A DNA stretch of 64,000 bases from an uncultured delta proteobacterium (GTDB lineage: Bacteria > Desulfobacterota > Binatia > UBA9968): assembly GCA_963847445.1 (NCBI GenBank), contig CAWJZV010000008.1, forward strand, positions 1-64,000, read 5' to 3'. Positions 54,042 through 63,781 of this stretch are shown piece after piece. Under the pieces are notes generated by a model that was not told the DNA's origin, did not search any database, and worked only from the letters and a program-made list of their open reading frames with translations. How positions within the stretch are numbered: position 1 is the stretch's first letter; each line of letters opens with the position of its first letter. Both the position numbers and the translations under genes were made by a program.

Positions 54042-54728
54042 ATGCCGATATTTCGCCTTGTTGACGACCTAGTCTTCCCACCGCCGGATTATGCCGATCC
54101 CAGCGGCTTGCTGGCGGTGGGTGGAGATCTGTCCAGCGAGCGGCTGCTGGCGGCCTACCGCCTGGGCATTTTCCCCTGGTACTCCGAGGACCAACCGATC
54201 CTTTGGTGGTCGCCGGACCCGCGTCTGACATTAGAGCTGGACGATTTCAAACTTTCGCGCAGCTTGGCCAAGACGATGCGTAAGGGGGTATTCAAAGTAA
54301 CCATCGATCGAATTTTCGAAGAGGTCATCGCCGCCTGCGCCGCCGTGCCGCGGGATGGTCAGAAGGGCACTTGGATTACCCCAGAGATGCAAGCGGCCTA
54401 CATCCAACTTCATGGTTTGGGCTACGCCCACTCCGTGGAGACCTGGTTCGACGGCAAACTAGTCGGCGGGCTCTACGGTGTGTCCTTGGGTAAAGCGTTT
54501 TTCGGCGAGTCGATGTTTCATCGCCACACGGATGCCTCAAAGGTCGCCTTGGCGACGTTGGTCGAGAAACTCAAAAGCTGGGGTTTCCAGTTCATCGACT
54601 CGCAGATGACCACCGAGCATATGCTGCGCCTAGGCGCGAAGGAGCTGTCCCGGCGCATCTTCCTCAAGCAGTTGCAGGCTGCGCTGCGCCATCCTACCAA
54701 GCGCGGCAAATGGCGCATTGACGAGTGA
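54042..54728 (+). CDS. aat: Leucyl/phenylalanyl-tRNA--protein transferase
   Basis: GLLAVGGDL, GIFPW, WWSPDPR, AHSVE, FFGESMF, DASK. Confidence 0.95.
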   Translation: MPIFRLVDDLVFPPPDYADPSGLLAVGGDLSSERLLAAYRLGIFPWYSEDQPILWWSPDPRLTLELDDFKLSRSLAKTMRKGVFKVTIDRIFEEVIAACAAVPRDGQKGTWITPEMQAAYIQLHGLGYAHSVETWFDGKLVGGLYGVSLGKAFFGESMFHRHTDASKVALATLVEKLKSWGFQFIDSQMTTEHMLRLGAKELSRRIFLKQLQAALRHPTKRGKWRIDE

Positions 54729-54764
54729 GCGACGCTTAACTCGCCGGCTTTTCCACTGCGTCGA

Positions 54765-55268
54765 TCAAGCCCTCGAGAGATTTTTGCCCGGGAATTCCAC
54801 GGCGAGCAAGACCAAACTCAATAGCGACAAGGCGATCTGATCGCCGACGTAGCGGCCGAGAAACGCCAGAACAAAACCATAGACCGCGATCGCTTCGATG
54901 ATCGCGAAGATGACGACTTTGCGCGTGATGTAAGTCGAAATGATGTAGGCGGCGTTCTGTTCGTCGACGCCGTTGAATTCCGCCACGGCGCGAAACAGTT
55001 TGGTCTGGCGGGCATCGCGCCGGATCGCTTGAGGCGTGAGATTTTTCTTGCGCCAGTAGCCGTAGTATCCCAGATCGACCACAGTCAAGATCCAGAAGAT
55101 GATTCGCGATGGCTCGGCGATCGCAGGGTTGGTGCCGACGCTTGGGTTACCGAGGATCTGGCGCGCGATCACCAGATAAATCGGAATCGAGATCGCAAAG
55201 AAGCTCCATAGTATGACCGCGGCGCCGCGTTGGTCGAGCAAGATTGTTCTGAATTCGGGGCGAATCAT
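54765..55268 (-). CDS. Hypothetical membrane protein
   Basis: AGGAGG RBS before MIRPEF; about four hydrophobic segments. Confidence 0.65.
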   Translation of the reverse strand: MIRPEFRTILLDQRGAAVILWSFFAISIPIYLVIARQILGNPSVGTNPAIAEPSRIIFWILTVVDLGYYGYWRKKNLTPQAIRRDARQTKLFRAVAEFNGVDEQNAAYIISTYITRKVVIFAIIEAIAVYGFVLAFLGRYVGDQIALSLLSLVLLAVEFPGKNLSRA

Positions 55269-55411
55269 CGATCCTCCTGATGATTTTCTATTAACATATG
55301 GCGACCGGCTATGTCTCGTCGTATAAAACATTGTGAATCGGCGCCAATGATCTTGTTGTACTCGTAACACGATGATATAGGGCGCCCATAGACGCGATGT
55401 GAGGAGATCCT

Positions 55412-57004
55412 ATGGCTGAATTCGATATCGTGATCCATGGTGGCAGAATCGTCGACGGCACGGGCAACCCGTGGTTTTACGGCGACGTGGCGATCAAAGA
55501 TGGCAAGATCGCCAGCATTGGCAAGATTAGCCCCGAAGCGGGCGCGCGGGCGATTTCGGCGAAAGGGTTAGTCGTCACGCCCGGCTACATCGATATGCAT
55601 ACCCACAGCGATCAGCCGCTGGTCGCCGACGGCAACGCTGAAAGTAAAGTGCGCCAGGGCGTGACACTGGATATTATTGGCGAAAGCCAAACGGTGGCGC
55701 CACTGGCAGGCGCGATCCTCGAAGAGTACCGCGCCGAGCATCGCCAACGGCATGGCATCGAAGCTGATTGGACAACTTTCACCGGCTATTTCGACAAAGT
55801 CATGCAAAGCGGGATTTCCATCAACGTCGCCTCCGGCGTCTCGCCGCAACAGGTAAAGCGGGTCGTTTGCGGCTTTGAAGAACGGCCGGCCACTGCGGTC
55901 GAACAGGAAAAGATGAATCGCCTGGTCGCCCAGGCGATGGAAGAGGGCGCGTTGGGCTTGACCGCGGCATGGCATGCCAAGGGGCCGGAGAACACCGAAG
56001 AAGTGGTCGAGATGGCCAAGGTCGCCAAGCGCTACGGCGGCTACTACGGCGTTCACGTCGGCAGTGAAGGCTACGACATGATGGAGGAGCTGGCCAAGAT
56101 GCTCCGCGTGGCGCGCGGCTCGCAGATTCCCGTGCATGTTTATCACTTGAAAATGCGCGCCAAGGCGAACTGGGGCAGGATTCGCCAGGTGATCGCCCAA
56201 CTCGAAGAAGCGCGCCGCGAAGGTTTGGAAATTACCGCCAATCAATATCCCTACACGGCCATGCAGCATCCCTGGCGCCGGCTGTTTCCGCGCTGGGTGC
56301 AAGACGGGCCGGTGGGCGAGACTATTTCCCAATTCAAAAGCCCGGCGTTTCGCGAGCGGGTCACGCAGGATCGTGAGTTCAACCAGTATGTCGATGAGCA
56401 TGGCGGCTGGGAAGGCATCGTTGCCGCGCGTTTGGATACTGCGCCGTTAAAGAAATTCGAAGGCATGACCATCGCCGAGATCGCCAAGATCCGCGAGCAA
56501 GATCCGACCAGCGCCTGCTTCGATTTGATCTTCGAAGAGGGCGTGTTCATTCACGGCGTGCATCACACCATGAACGAAGACGATGTCAAATCGGTGATGC
56601 GCGTGCCCTGGGTGTCCATCGGTTCGGATGGCAGCGCGCTCAATCAGAATTTCCCCGGCAAGCCGCACCCGCGCAGCTTCGGCACCAATCCGCGGGTTTT
56701 GGGAAAGTACACCCGGGATGAAAACGTCCTGACGCTGGAAGACGCGGTGCGCAAGATGACCTCGTTGCCGGCGCAGGTGTTGGGACTGAAGGATCGCGGC
56801 CTTTTGCGCGAGGGCTTTTGCGGCGACGTGGTTCTATTCGATCCGGACACGGTGGCCGACACCGCGACCTACGACAATCCCAAACAGTATCCGAAAGGGA
56901 TTCCCTACGTGCTAGTAAACGGCCAAGTTGTTATAGATAATGGCCATCATACTGGAGCGCGGCCGGGACGAGTGGCGTATGGGCCGGGGTGGCGCGGCGT
57001 TTGA
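55412..57004 (+). CDS. D-aminoacylase
   Basis: DGTGNP, PGYIDMHTHSD, YHLK, YPY, GSDG, PHPR.FG, DRG. Confidence 0.88.
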   Translation: MAEFDIVIHGGRIVDGTGNPWFYGDVAIKDGKIASIGKISPEAGARAISAKGLVVTPGYIDMHTHSDQPLVADGNAESKVRQGVTLDIIGESQTVAPLAGAILEEYRAEHRQRHGIEADWTTFTGYFDKVMQSGISINVASGVSPQQVKRVVCGFEERPATAVEQEKMNRLVAQAMEEGALGLTAAWHAKGPENTEEVVEMAKVAKRYGGYYGVHVGSEGYDMMEELAKMLRVARGSQIPVHVYHLKMRAKANWGRIRQVIAQLEEARREGLEITANQYPYTAMQHPWRRLFPRWVQDGPVGETISQFKSPAFRERVTQDREFNQYVDEHGGWEGIVAARLDTAPLKKFEGMTIAEIAKIREQDPTSACFDLIFEEGVFIHGVHHTMNEDDVKSVMRVPWVSIGSDGSALNQNFPGKPHPRSFGTNPRVLGKYTRDENVLTLEDAVRKMTSLPAQVLGLKDRGLLREGFCGDVVLFDPDTVADTATYDNPKQYPKGIPYVLVNGQVVIDNGHHTGARPGRVAYGPGWRGV

Positions 57005-57077
57005 TTGCACGCCGCGCATTACAGACGACAAATTCCAGATTCCAGATTGACGATCAGTGCGCTTTGGGAGGCACCAA

Positions 57078-58765
57078 ATGGATTACGATTTACTGATAAA
57101 GAATGGCCGAGTCGTCGATGGCTCGGGATTACCGTCGTATGTCGCCGATGTCGGTATAAAAAATGGCAGGATCGCCGAGATCGGCCGGCTACGTGGCACG
57201 GCTGCTCGTACCATCGACGCCGACGGCTTCGTCGTCGCGCCGGGCTTCATCGATCACCATACCCATATGGACGGGCAGATTCTTTGGGACCCGTTCGGCA
57301 CCTGCGAACCGCAGCATGGCGTGACCTCGATCATCATGGGCAACTGCGGTCTGGCGCTGGCGCCGGTGAAAAACGGCGACGAGGACGCCATCGTCAAAAG
57401 TTTTGTCCGTGTCGAAGCGATCCCGCGCGTCGCGCTAGAGAAAGGCGTGCCCTGGGGTTGGAAATCCTACGGCGATTACTTGAACAAACTCGAAGGCAAC
57501 GTCGGCATCAACGTCGGCGGCATCGTCGGCCATATCGCCGTGCGCCAATTCGTCATGGGCGAAGAGTCGACGGAACGCAAAGCGACGACAGGCGAAGTCG
57601 ACAAAATGCGCCAAGCGGTGGGCGAAGCGATGGGCGCCGGTGCTTTCGGCCTGTCGACCAACCGCAACGAGCGCCATATGCGCGAGGACGGTCTGCCGGT
57701 GCCGAGCCGGTTGGCCGACGATGATGAACTGTTCGCCCTTTGCGAAGTGGTCAGCGCGTCCAACAGCGGCGTGATTCAGATGAACATGGGGCGCCACTGC
57801 GTCGAACAGATTCCCCAATACGACGAACTCGCCCGGCGCGTCGGCCGGCCGATCGTTTGGCAGAGCGTGCAGTATAAAGAAAGCGAGCCCGAGCTGTGGC
57901 AAAACATGCTGAACGGCATCGCCAAGACCTTTGCCGACGGCTACCAGGCCTATGGTTTGACTCATACGGTGCCGCTGATGCGCCACTTCACCATGAAGGA
58001 CGCGCAGATCTTCGACGAGTTTCCCGCTTTGGAAAAATCTCATGTTCCTACCGGAAGCGGCGCGCAAGCTGGCGTTCGCCGATCCGGCGACCCGGCAAAA
58101 AATGCGCGACGACATGGCCGAGCCGCGGCCGGTGTCGTTTCATAAAAACTGGGGTCGGGTGTTTGTCGAGCAGGTGGTCAAAGCGGAAAATCAAAAGTAC
58201 GCCGGCAAAAGCGTCGCCGATGTCGCCGCGCTGCGCAAGCAGGATGCGCTCGATGCGTTTCTCGATTTGTCGCTGGAAGAAGATTTGGCCACGACCTTCG
58301 AGACCACCAATCGCGGTTTCAACCCCGAGGCGATGAGCACGATCATGAAGAGTCCCTACGTGGTCATCGGCACCTCGGATGCCGGCGCCCATGTCCAGTT
58401 CGGCGCCGACTTCGGTTACTGTACGACGCTGCTCGGCATGTGGGTGCGCGACCGGCAGATGATCGGGCTCGAACAGGCGATCCACAAGCTGACATTCCAT
58501 GTGGCGTCGATTTGGGGCATCGAAGGCCGCGGTTTACTGCGGCCGGGATTCGCACGCCGACGTGACGGTCTTCGATCCCAAGACGATCAAAGCCTGCGCG
58601 CCGGAATGGGCCGACGATTATCCGGCGGCGACCAAGCGTTTGATCCAACGCTCCGAAGGCGTGCATTACACCATCGTCAACGGCAAAGTAATTTACGACG
58701 ATGGCAAGCTGAGCGGCGAGATGGCCGGCAACGTGCTGCGCAGCGCGGCGCATGCGGGGCAGTGA
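57078..58765 (+). CDS. D-aminoacylase-like amidohydrolase, frameshifted near 58030 and 58555
   Basis: MDYDLLIKNG, PGFIDHHTH, GNCG, SDAGAH; paralog of 14643. Confidence 0.85.
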
Positions 58766-58821
58766 AAGAGCCGGGATTGGCCGCATAGAACGCAAGGGCC
58801 GCAATCAAATCTATTTACAAG

Positions 58822-58849
58822 GGGCGGGTTTGAAACCCGCCCTCTTTTT
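58822..58849 (+). terminator. REP-like hairpin followed by a T-tract
   Basis: gggcgggttt-g-aaacccgccc-tcttttt. Confidence 0.6.
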
Positions 58850-58879
58850 ATGTGCCGATAAACAGTCTGGGAGTTACTT

Positions 58880-59833
58880 GTGGCGGGAAGTAGTTTATTA
58901 GCGCTGATCGACGACATCGCCTCGATCCTCGACGACGTCGCGGTGATGAGCAAAGTCGCCGTGAAAAAGACCGCCGGGGTGTTGGGCGACGATCTCGCGC
59001 TCAATGCCCATCAAGTCGCCGGCGTGCGCACCGACCGCGAACTGCCCGTTGTCTGGGCGGTGGCCAAGGGATCGCTCAAGAATAAGGTGATTCTCGTGCC
59101 CGCGGCATTGGCGATCAGCGCGTTGATACCCTGGGCGATCACGCCGCTGTTGATGATCGGCGGCGCTTATCTGTGTTACGAAGGCTTCGAAAAGATCGCC
59201 CACCAGTTTATTCATGACCCGTCGGCAGAAGCGCATCATAAAGAACATTTGCAAGCGCTGGTCAACCCAGCCGTCGATATGGTCGCCGTCGAGAGAGAAA
59301 AAATCCAGGGCGCGATCCGCACCGACTTTATTCTGTCCGCTGAGATCGTCGTGATCGCCTTGGGCACCGTGGCGACCGCGGCGTTCGGCAAGCAGGTCGC
59401 GGTGCTGTGCGCCATCGCCATCCTCATGACCGTCGGCGTCTACGGCATCGTCGCCGGTATCGTCAAGCTGGACGACGCCGGACTGCACTTGAGCCGGAAG
59501 AGCGGCAATGGACCCTGGCGCGAATTCCAGCGCGGCGCCGGCAAACTCCTGGTGAGTCTGGCGCCTTACTTGATGAAGAGTTTGTCCATCGTCGGCACCA
59601 TCGCCATGTTCATGGTCGGCGGCGGCATCCTCACCCATGGCATTCCCGGCGCCCATGAGTGGATAGAACATCTCGCCCATGGCGCCGGCGGGGTTCCGGC
59701 TGTAGGCGCAATACTTGAAACGATACTGCCGTACCTGCTGGATATCATGTGCGGCGTGCTTGCCGGCTTGCTGGTTTTGCTTGGGGTATCCGCCGCGGCA
59801 AGAGTTTTTCGCATGCTCAAAGGAGCCCGTTGA
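58880..59833 (+). CDS. yedI: DUF808 (YedI) inner membrane protein
   Basis: LLALIDDIA, KTAGVLGDDLA, GAIRTDFILSAEI, VYGIVAGIVKLDD. Confidence 0.85.
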   Translation: MAGSSLLALIDDIASILDDVAVMSKVAVKKTAGVLGDDLALNAHQVAGVRTDRELPVVWAVAKGSLKNKVILVPAALAISALIPWAITPLLMIGGAYLCYEGFEKIAHQFIHDPSAEAHHKEHLQALVNPAVDMVAVEREKIQGAIRTDFILSAEIVVIALGTVATAAFGKQVAVLCAIAILMTVGVYGIVAGIVKLDDAGLHLSRKSGNGPWREFQRGAGKLLVSLAPYLMKSLSIVGTIAMFMVGGGILTHGIPGAHEWIEHLAHGAGGVPAVGAILETILPYLLDIMCGVLAGLLVLLGVSAAARVFRMLKGAR

Positions 59834-60297
59834 AAGCCGTTTGGCTGATGTTCCGATACTTGCTCCCGGCGTTGATTCCCTCCTGGAGGTTTTTCGATTT
59901 CATCGCGCCGTCGCCGCGCATCGAGTTCGCCGTCGTCGCGGCAGTGGACGATCCGGCTATGCGCTGGCGAGAGTTTCGCCCGCGGCCGGCCCATTTGCCG
60001 GTCGCCGCGATGCTGCGGCGATTGCTGTGGAATCCGGTCTGGAATGAATCCTTATTCATGGTGAGCTGTGCGGAGAAGCTGCTCGATGAACCGTCCATCC
60101 GGCGCGAAGATGAGCTGCTGACGCGGATCGCCGCCACGGTTGCACGCGGTGAAACAGGCGACAAAACTACAGGTTCGAGTTATCTGAGATTTCGCATCGT
60201 AGTGCTCAAGCGGGAAGGCGAGCAGATCTCCCGGCGCGTCGGCTTTGTCTCCTCGGCGCGGCGGCTCGACGCCATCGGCAAGATTGGCGCGGTATGA
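59830..60297 (+). CDS. Hypothetical HTTM-partner protein, SdpA-like
   Basis: LIPSWRFFD..PSPRIE; TTGA overlap upstream (alternative ATG at 59848) and ATGA overlap downstream. Confidence 0.65.
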   Translation: MKAVWLMFRYLLPALIPSWRFFDFIAPSPRIEFAVVAAVDDPAMRWREFRPRPAHLPVAAMLRRLLWNPVWNESLFMVSCAEKLLDEPSIRREDELLTRIAATVARGETGDKTTGSSYLRFRIVVLKREGEQISRRVGFVSSARRLDAIGKIGAV

Positions 60298-60986
60298 ATT
60301 TAGACCTGGCGCTGCGCTGGAGTGAAATCCTCATGGGTTGCGCTTTTCTCCAGCAAGGCGCCGAGCATTTGGCCGCGCCGGCGAAGGAACGATGGCTCTA
60401 TATACCGCGTATGGTGCTGGCGCTCTTGCTGATCGCCGGCGTCCAACCACCCATCATCGAAGCTTTACTCCTGCTACTGGGTATGGCGATTTTGTATCGC
60501 TTTCAGGGGCCGTATAACGGTGGCAGCGACCGCATGAGCCTGCTCCTGCTGTTCTGTTTGTTGATGTCGCATCTCGCGCCGACTCGGCAGTGGCAAGAAA
60601 TCGCCCTGGGATATCTATCGGTTCAACTCGTGCTGTCTTATGCCATCTCCGGTTGGATTAAATTGTCCAATCCGGATTGGCGCAGCGGGCAAGCCCTGAA
60701 AGATGTTTTTGAATTCTCGGTGTATCCAGTCAGTGAGAGCATCCGTTCCTTAGCCAAGACACCGACCCTGTTGGTTGGCCTGTCATGGATATTGATGCTG
60801 TTTGAAATGCTTTTCCCGCTGGCTCTGCTCGATGCCACCTACTTGAAAGCGGCTTTGGCCGTTGCCGGGTTATTTCACCTGGTCAACGGCTGCGTCTTCG
60901 GTCTGAATCGCTTTCTGTGGATCTGGATCGCGGCCTATCCTTGCCTGCTGTGGTTTCAGCAACGGGTGAATTCAAACGTTTTCTGA
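60294..60986 (+). CDS. HTTM-domain membrane protein
   Basis: YNGGSD, Q..LSY..SGW.K....W.SG, FE..F, FH......GL..F.W. Confidence 0.8.
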   Translation: MNLDLALRWSEILMGCAFLQQGAEHLAAPAKERWLYIPRMVLALLLIAGVQPPIIEALLLLLGMAILYRFQGPYNGGSDRMSLLLLFCLLMSHLAPTRQWQEIALGYLSVQLVLSYAISGWIKLSNPDWRSGQALKDVFEFSVYPVSESIRSLAKTPTLLVGLSWILMLFEMLFPLALLDATYLKAALAVAGLFHLVNGCVFGLNRFLWIWIAAYPCLLWFQQRVNSNVF

Positions 60987-61006
60987 TCTAATTTCTACAG
61001 TCGAGG

Positions 61007-61490
61007 TCACCGTCCCAAGAAGATTTGGCCGAACTCTTTGGTGGTCTGCTCTATGATTGGGCCGATGAACTCGACATCGGCGTGGAAGATTTTTTTTCCA
61101 TCAGGTCGGGGAATTCCTCAGTCCCGCCGCCAACTCGGGTGAGCCGTTGGCAACATCGACGATATGCGCGCCTGTGAATTCGCTTTGGATACGCACCAGT
61201 TGGCGGTTACCAGAAACCCGCGTGGGCACGGGCTTTACGAACGGATAGCGCTTGCGGAAGACCTGCAGGAACGGCTCGATCTGTTGGGCTTGCAGTGTGC
61301 TGTAGAAATTAACCTCGCCTTCAACCTTGGCTTTCTCCGTCAGCGTTGCTTGCCGTTGCTCTGGTGCAAGTTTGCTGAGCCCCGCAAGAATCTGGCCGGC
61401 GGTCTCGGGCGCTACGCCGGCGAAAAGTGTTGCCGCGTGGCTAACCAGCGAAAACAGCGCGAGCAATACTAATAATAACTTCTTCATCAT
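61007..61490 (-). pseudogene. Internally deleted tandem paralog of the adjacent solute-binding protein gene
   Basis: N-terminal ~125 aa match 61522..62592, then jump to FPDLMEK..FHADVEFIGPIIEQTTKEFGQIFLGR*. Confidence 0.8.
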
Positions 61491-61521
61491 CGACAATTCC
61501 TGAGCTCATTCACTCGGAAAT

Positions 61522-62592
61522 TCACCTACCCAAGAAAATCTGGCTGAACTCCTTGCCGGTCTGATCCATGATCGGGCCGATGAAGTCGACGTCGACGAGA
61601 AAGGATTCTTTTTCCACCAACTCGGGAAATCTCTGCTTGACGCCTTTGCGCGCGACCACGCGGCCGAAGCTGGTGATGATCGCTTGGCCCTCTTCCGACA
61701 GCGCCCAGTCGTAGAACAGCGCGGCGGCGTGGGGATGGGGCGCATGGCGCGCCAGCATGAGTTTATTGGCCTGGGCGAAGTAGGGATCGAGAATCACTTG
61801 ATCGACGGGCGCGCCGCGCGCTTTCATGTCGAGCACCGTATGGCCCGACAGCACGATGGCGATGGGGCGTTCGCCGGCGCCCAGGAGCTGGCTCTGCGCG
61901 GTGCGACCGCGCATGAGTCTTAAATCCTGCTTGGCCAGCGCGCGCATATATTGCAGCGCCTTGTCCCGGCCCATATGTTTTTGCAACACTGCGGACCACT
62001 CGTAGGCTTCGTCGTCGAGAAACATGTTGCTTTTCCATTTGGGCTGGAGCAGCTCCTCGTAGGACTTGGGGACGTCCTGGCGCTTGACCATGTTGGTGTT
62101 ATAGCCAAGCACGATGGGGATGACGTAGAGCGACACGAAGTAACCGTCTTTGTCGCGATTCGGTGGGTTGTAGAAATCCCGCTGCGGCGAGAAATAGGGA
62201 TCGATGGCGCCGATCTTTTTGATCGCCGAAGCCTGCTCGGAGGAGCCGTTGGTAACGTCGAATAAGTGATTGCCGCCATTCATCTCGGTCTGGATCTTGA
62301 TCACCTGGCGGTTGCCGGAGACGCGGTAGGGATTGACCTTGATGAATGGATAGCGCTTTTGAAACACCCGGATAAACGGCTCGATCTGCTGCGCTTGCAG
62401 CGAGCTATAGAAAGCGACTTCGCCCTCGGCTTTGGCCTTCTCGATCAGTTGCTTCTGGCGCTGCTCGGCTGGCAACTTGTTCAAACGGGCGAGGATCTGT
62501 CCGGCGCTTTCCGGGGCAGCGCCCGAATAAGCTGCTGGAGCTGTGCTGCTCAATACCACCATGGCGAACAAAACCGCAAAATAGCATTTCAT
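61522..62592 (-). CDS. Extracellular solute-binding protein, Fe3+/polyamine/thiamine-like family
   Basis: Signal peptide; AKAEGEV.FYSS, YNT, PKSYEELL.PKWK, APHPHAA.LF.DW.LS.EGQ. Confidence 0.85.
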   Translation of the reverse strand: MKCYFAVLFAMVVLSSTAPAAYSGAAPESAGQILARLNKLPAEQRQKQLIEKAKAEGEVAFYSSLQAQQIEPFIRVFQKRYPFIKVNPYRVSGNRQVIKIQTEMNGGNHLFDVTNGSSEQASAIKKIGAIDPYFSPQRDFYNPPNRDKDGYFVSLYVIPIVLGYNTNMVKRQDVPKSYEELLQPKWKSNMFLDDEAYEWSAVLQKHMGRDKALQYMRALAKQDLRLMRGRTAQSQLLGAGERPIAIVLSGHTVLDMKARGAPVDQVILDPYFAQANKLMLARHAPHPHAAALFYDWALSEEGQAIITSFGRVVARKGVKQRFPELVEKESFLVDVDFIGPIMDQTGKEFSQIFLGR

Positions 62593-62769
62593 CGCTGACC
62601 CTCCGAGGTTTTTCGACCATGCCGATGGGACTCCCGCGCCATTCTTATCCCAGCGCGCTGGGAATCTGTCAAGTGAAGATTCTTATTGCGCTTTCACGGA
62701 CAAATCATATTGACTCTAATTAGCTGATTCGATAGCGTCACGGCGACTAAACGTAGCTGGGAGGCCCGG

Positions 62770-63621
62770 ATGGAGCAGTTGAAACCAGTCAAAAGCGGCA
62801 AGGTCAAGGTCGACGATGTCAATCTCTACTATGAGATTTACGGCCAGGGCGATCCCTTGGTGTTTGTCGCCGGCACCGGGATCAGCTGCGCGCCCTGGCG
62901 GGTGTCGCAGGTGCCGGAGTTCGCCAAGCATTATCAAGTGGTGATTTACGATCATCGCGGCCTCGGCCGCAGCGACAAGCCGGATATGCCCTATTCCACC
63001 GAACTGTTCGCCAAGGACTGCGCTGGTTTGATGGACGCCCTCGGTATCCCGCGGGCGCATATGTTGGGCCACTCCATGGGCGCGCGGGTGTTGCAGTGGG
63101 TGGCGCTTAAATATCCGGAAAAAGTCCGCAGCCTGGTGCTTTCCGGGCCGGGCTCGGGGAAATACGACGAGTCTCTCGACTATCCGCGCGGCGTGCCGAT
63201 GGACGCGGCGCTGGAGATGATCGAGAAGGGTTATGAGAAATACCAGAGCGATCACTGGGGGCCGGGGTTCATGTTCAGCGAGAGTTTCATGAAAGAGCAC
63301 CCGGATGTGGTGAAGCAATATCAGGACTTGATCGTCGATGAAGTGCCGCCGCTGAAATGCTATCTGCGCCATGTGGTGGCGCGCCAATGCCATGAGACCA
63401 CCCACCTGATTCACAACATCAAGGCGCCGACGCTGGTCATCGTCGGCAGCAAGGATACCCACGAAGGCGGCACCGGCGATCATGTCGCGTCGGCGCGGGT
63501 GCTGGCGGCGAAGATTCCCGGCGCCGAATTGCACCTGGTCGAGGGCGGCCGGCATGGCTATCTGCGCGAGATGCCGGAGAAGGGCCATCCGCCGATCCTG
63601 GATTTTCTGCGACGGCATTAA
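62770..63621 (+). CDS. Alpha/beta hydrolase
   Basis: DHRGLGRS, GHSMG nucleophile elbow, GSKD, GGRH. Confidence 0.9.
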   Translation: MEQLKPVKSGKVKVDDVNLYYEIYGQGDPLVFVAGTGISCAPWRVSQVPEFAKHYQVVIYDHRGLGRSDKPDMPYSTELFAKDCAGLMDALGIPRAHMLGHSMGARVLQWVALKYPEKVRSLVLSGPGSGKYDESLDYPRGVPMDAALEMIEKGYEKYQSDHWGPGFMFSESFMKEHPDVVKQYQDLIVDEVPPLKCYLRHVVARQCHETTHLIHNIKAPTLVIVGSKDTHEGGTGDHVASARVLAAKIPGAELHLVEGGRHGYLREMPEKGHPPILDFLRRH

Positions 63622-63654
63622 CCAGGAAGAGACATAACCACAAAGGGACACAAA

Positions 63655-63678
63655 GTAGGGGCGCGATTCATCGCGCCC
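63655..63678 (+). repeat. GTAG-family REP palindrome
   Basis: GTA then gggg-cgcgat-tc-atcgcgccc. Confidence 0.7.
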
Positions 63679-63742
63679 TCGGACCGAAGAACGGGATTAA
63701 TTAACCGCAAAGAGCGCAAAGAACGCAAAAGGGAATCGGATT

Positions 63743-63765
63743 GTAGGGGCGACCGGCGGTCGCCC
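63743..63765 (+). repeat. GTAG-family REP palindrome
   Basis: GTAG then gggcgacc-ggc-ggtcgccc. Confidence 0.7.
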
Positions 63766-63781
63766 TCTGCCGGTTGCTTCT

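Noticed and set aside
62716-63651. Long antisense ORFs, for example 62716..63651, 1011..1745, 55568..56401 and 58898..59680
   Set aside because: Shadows of real genes, expected from high-GC codon bias; no motifs.
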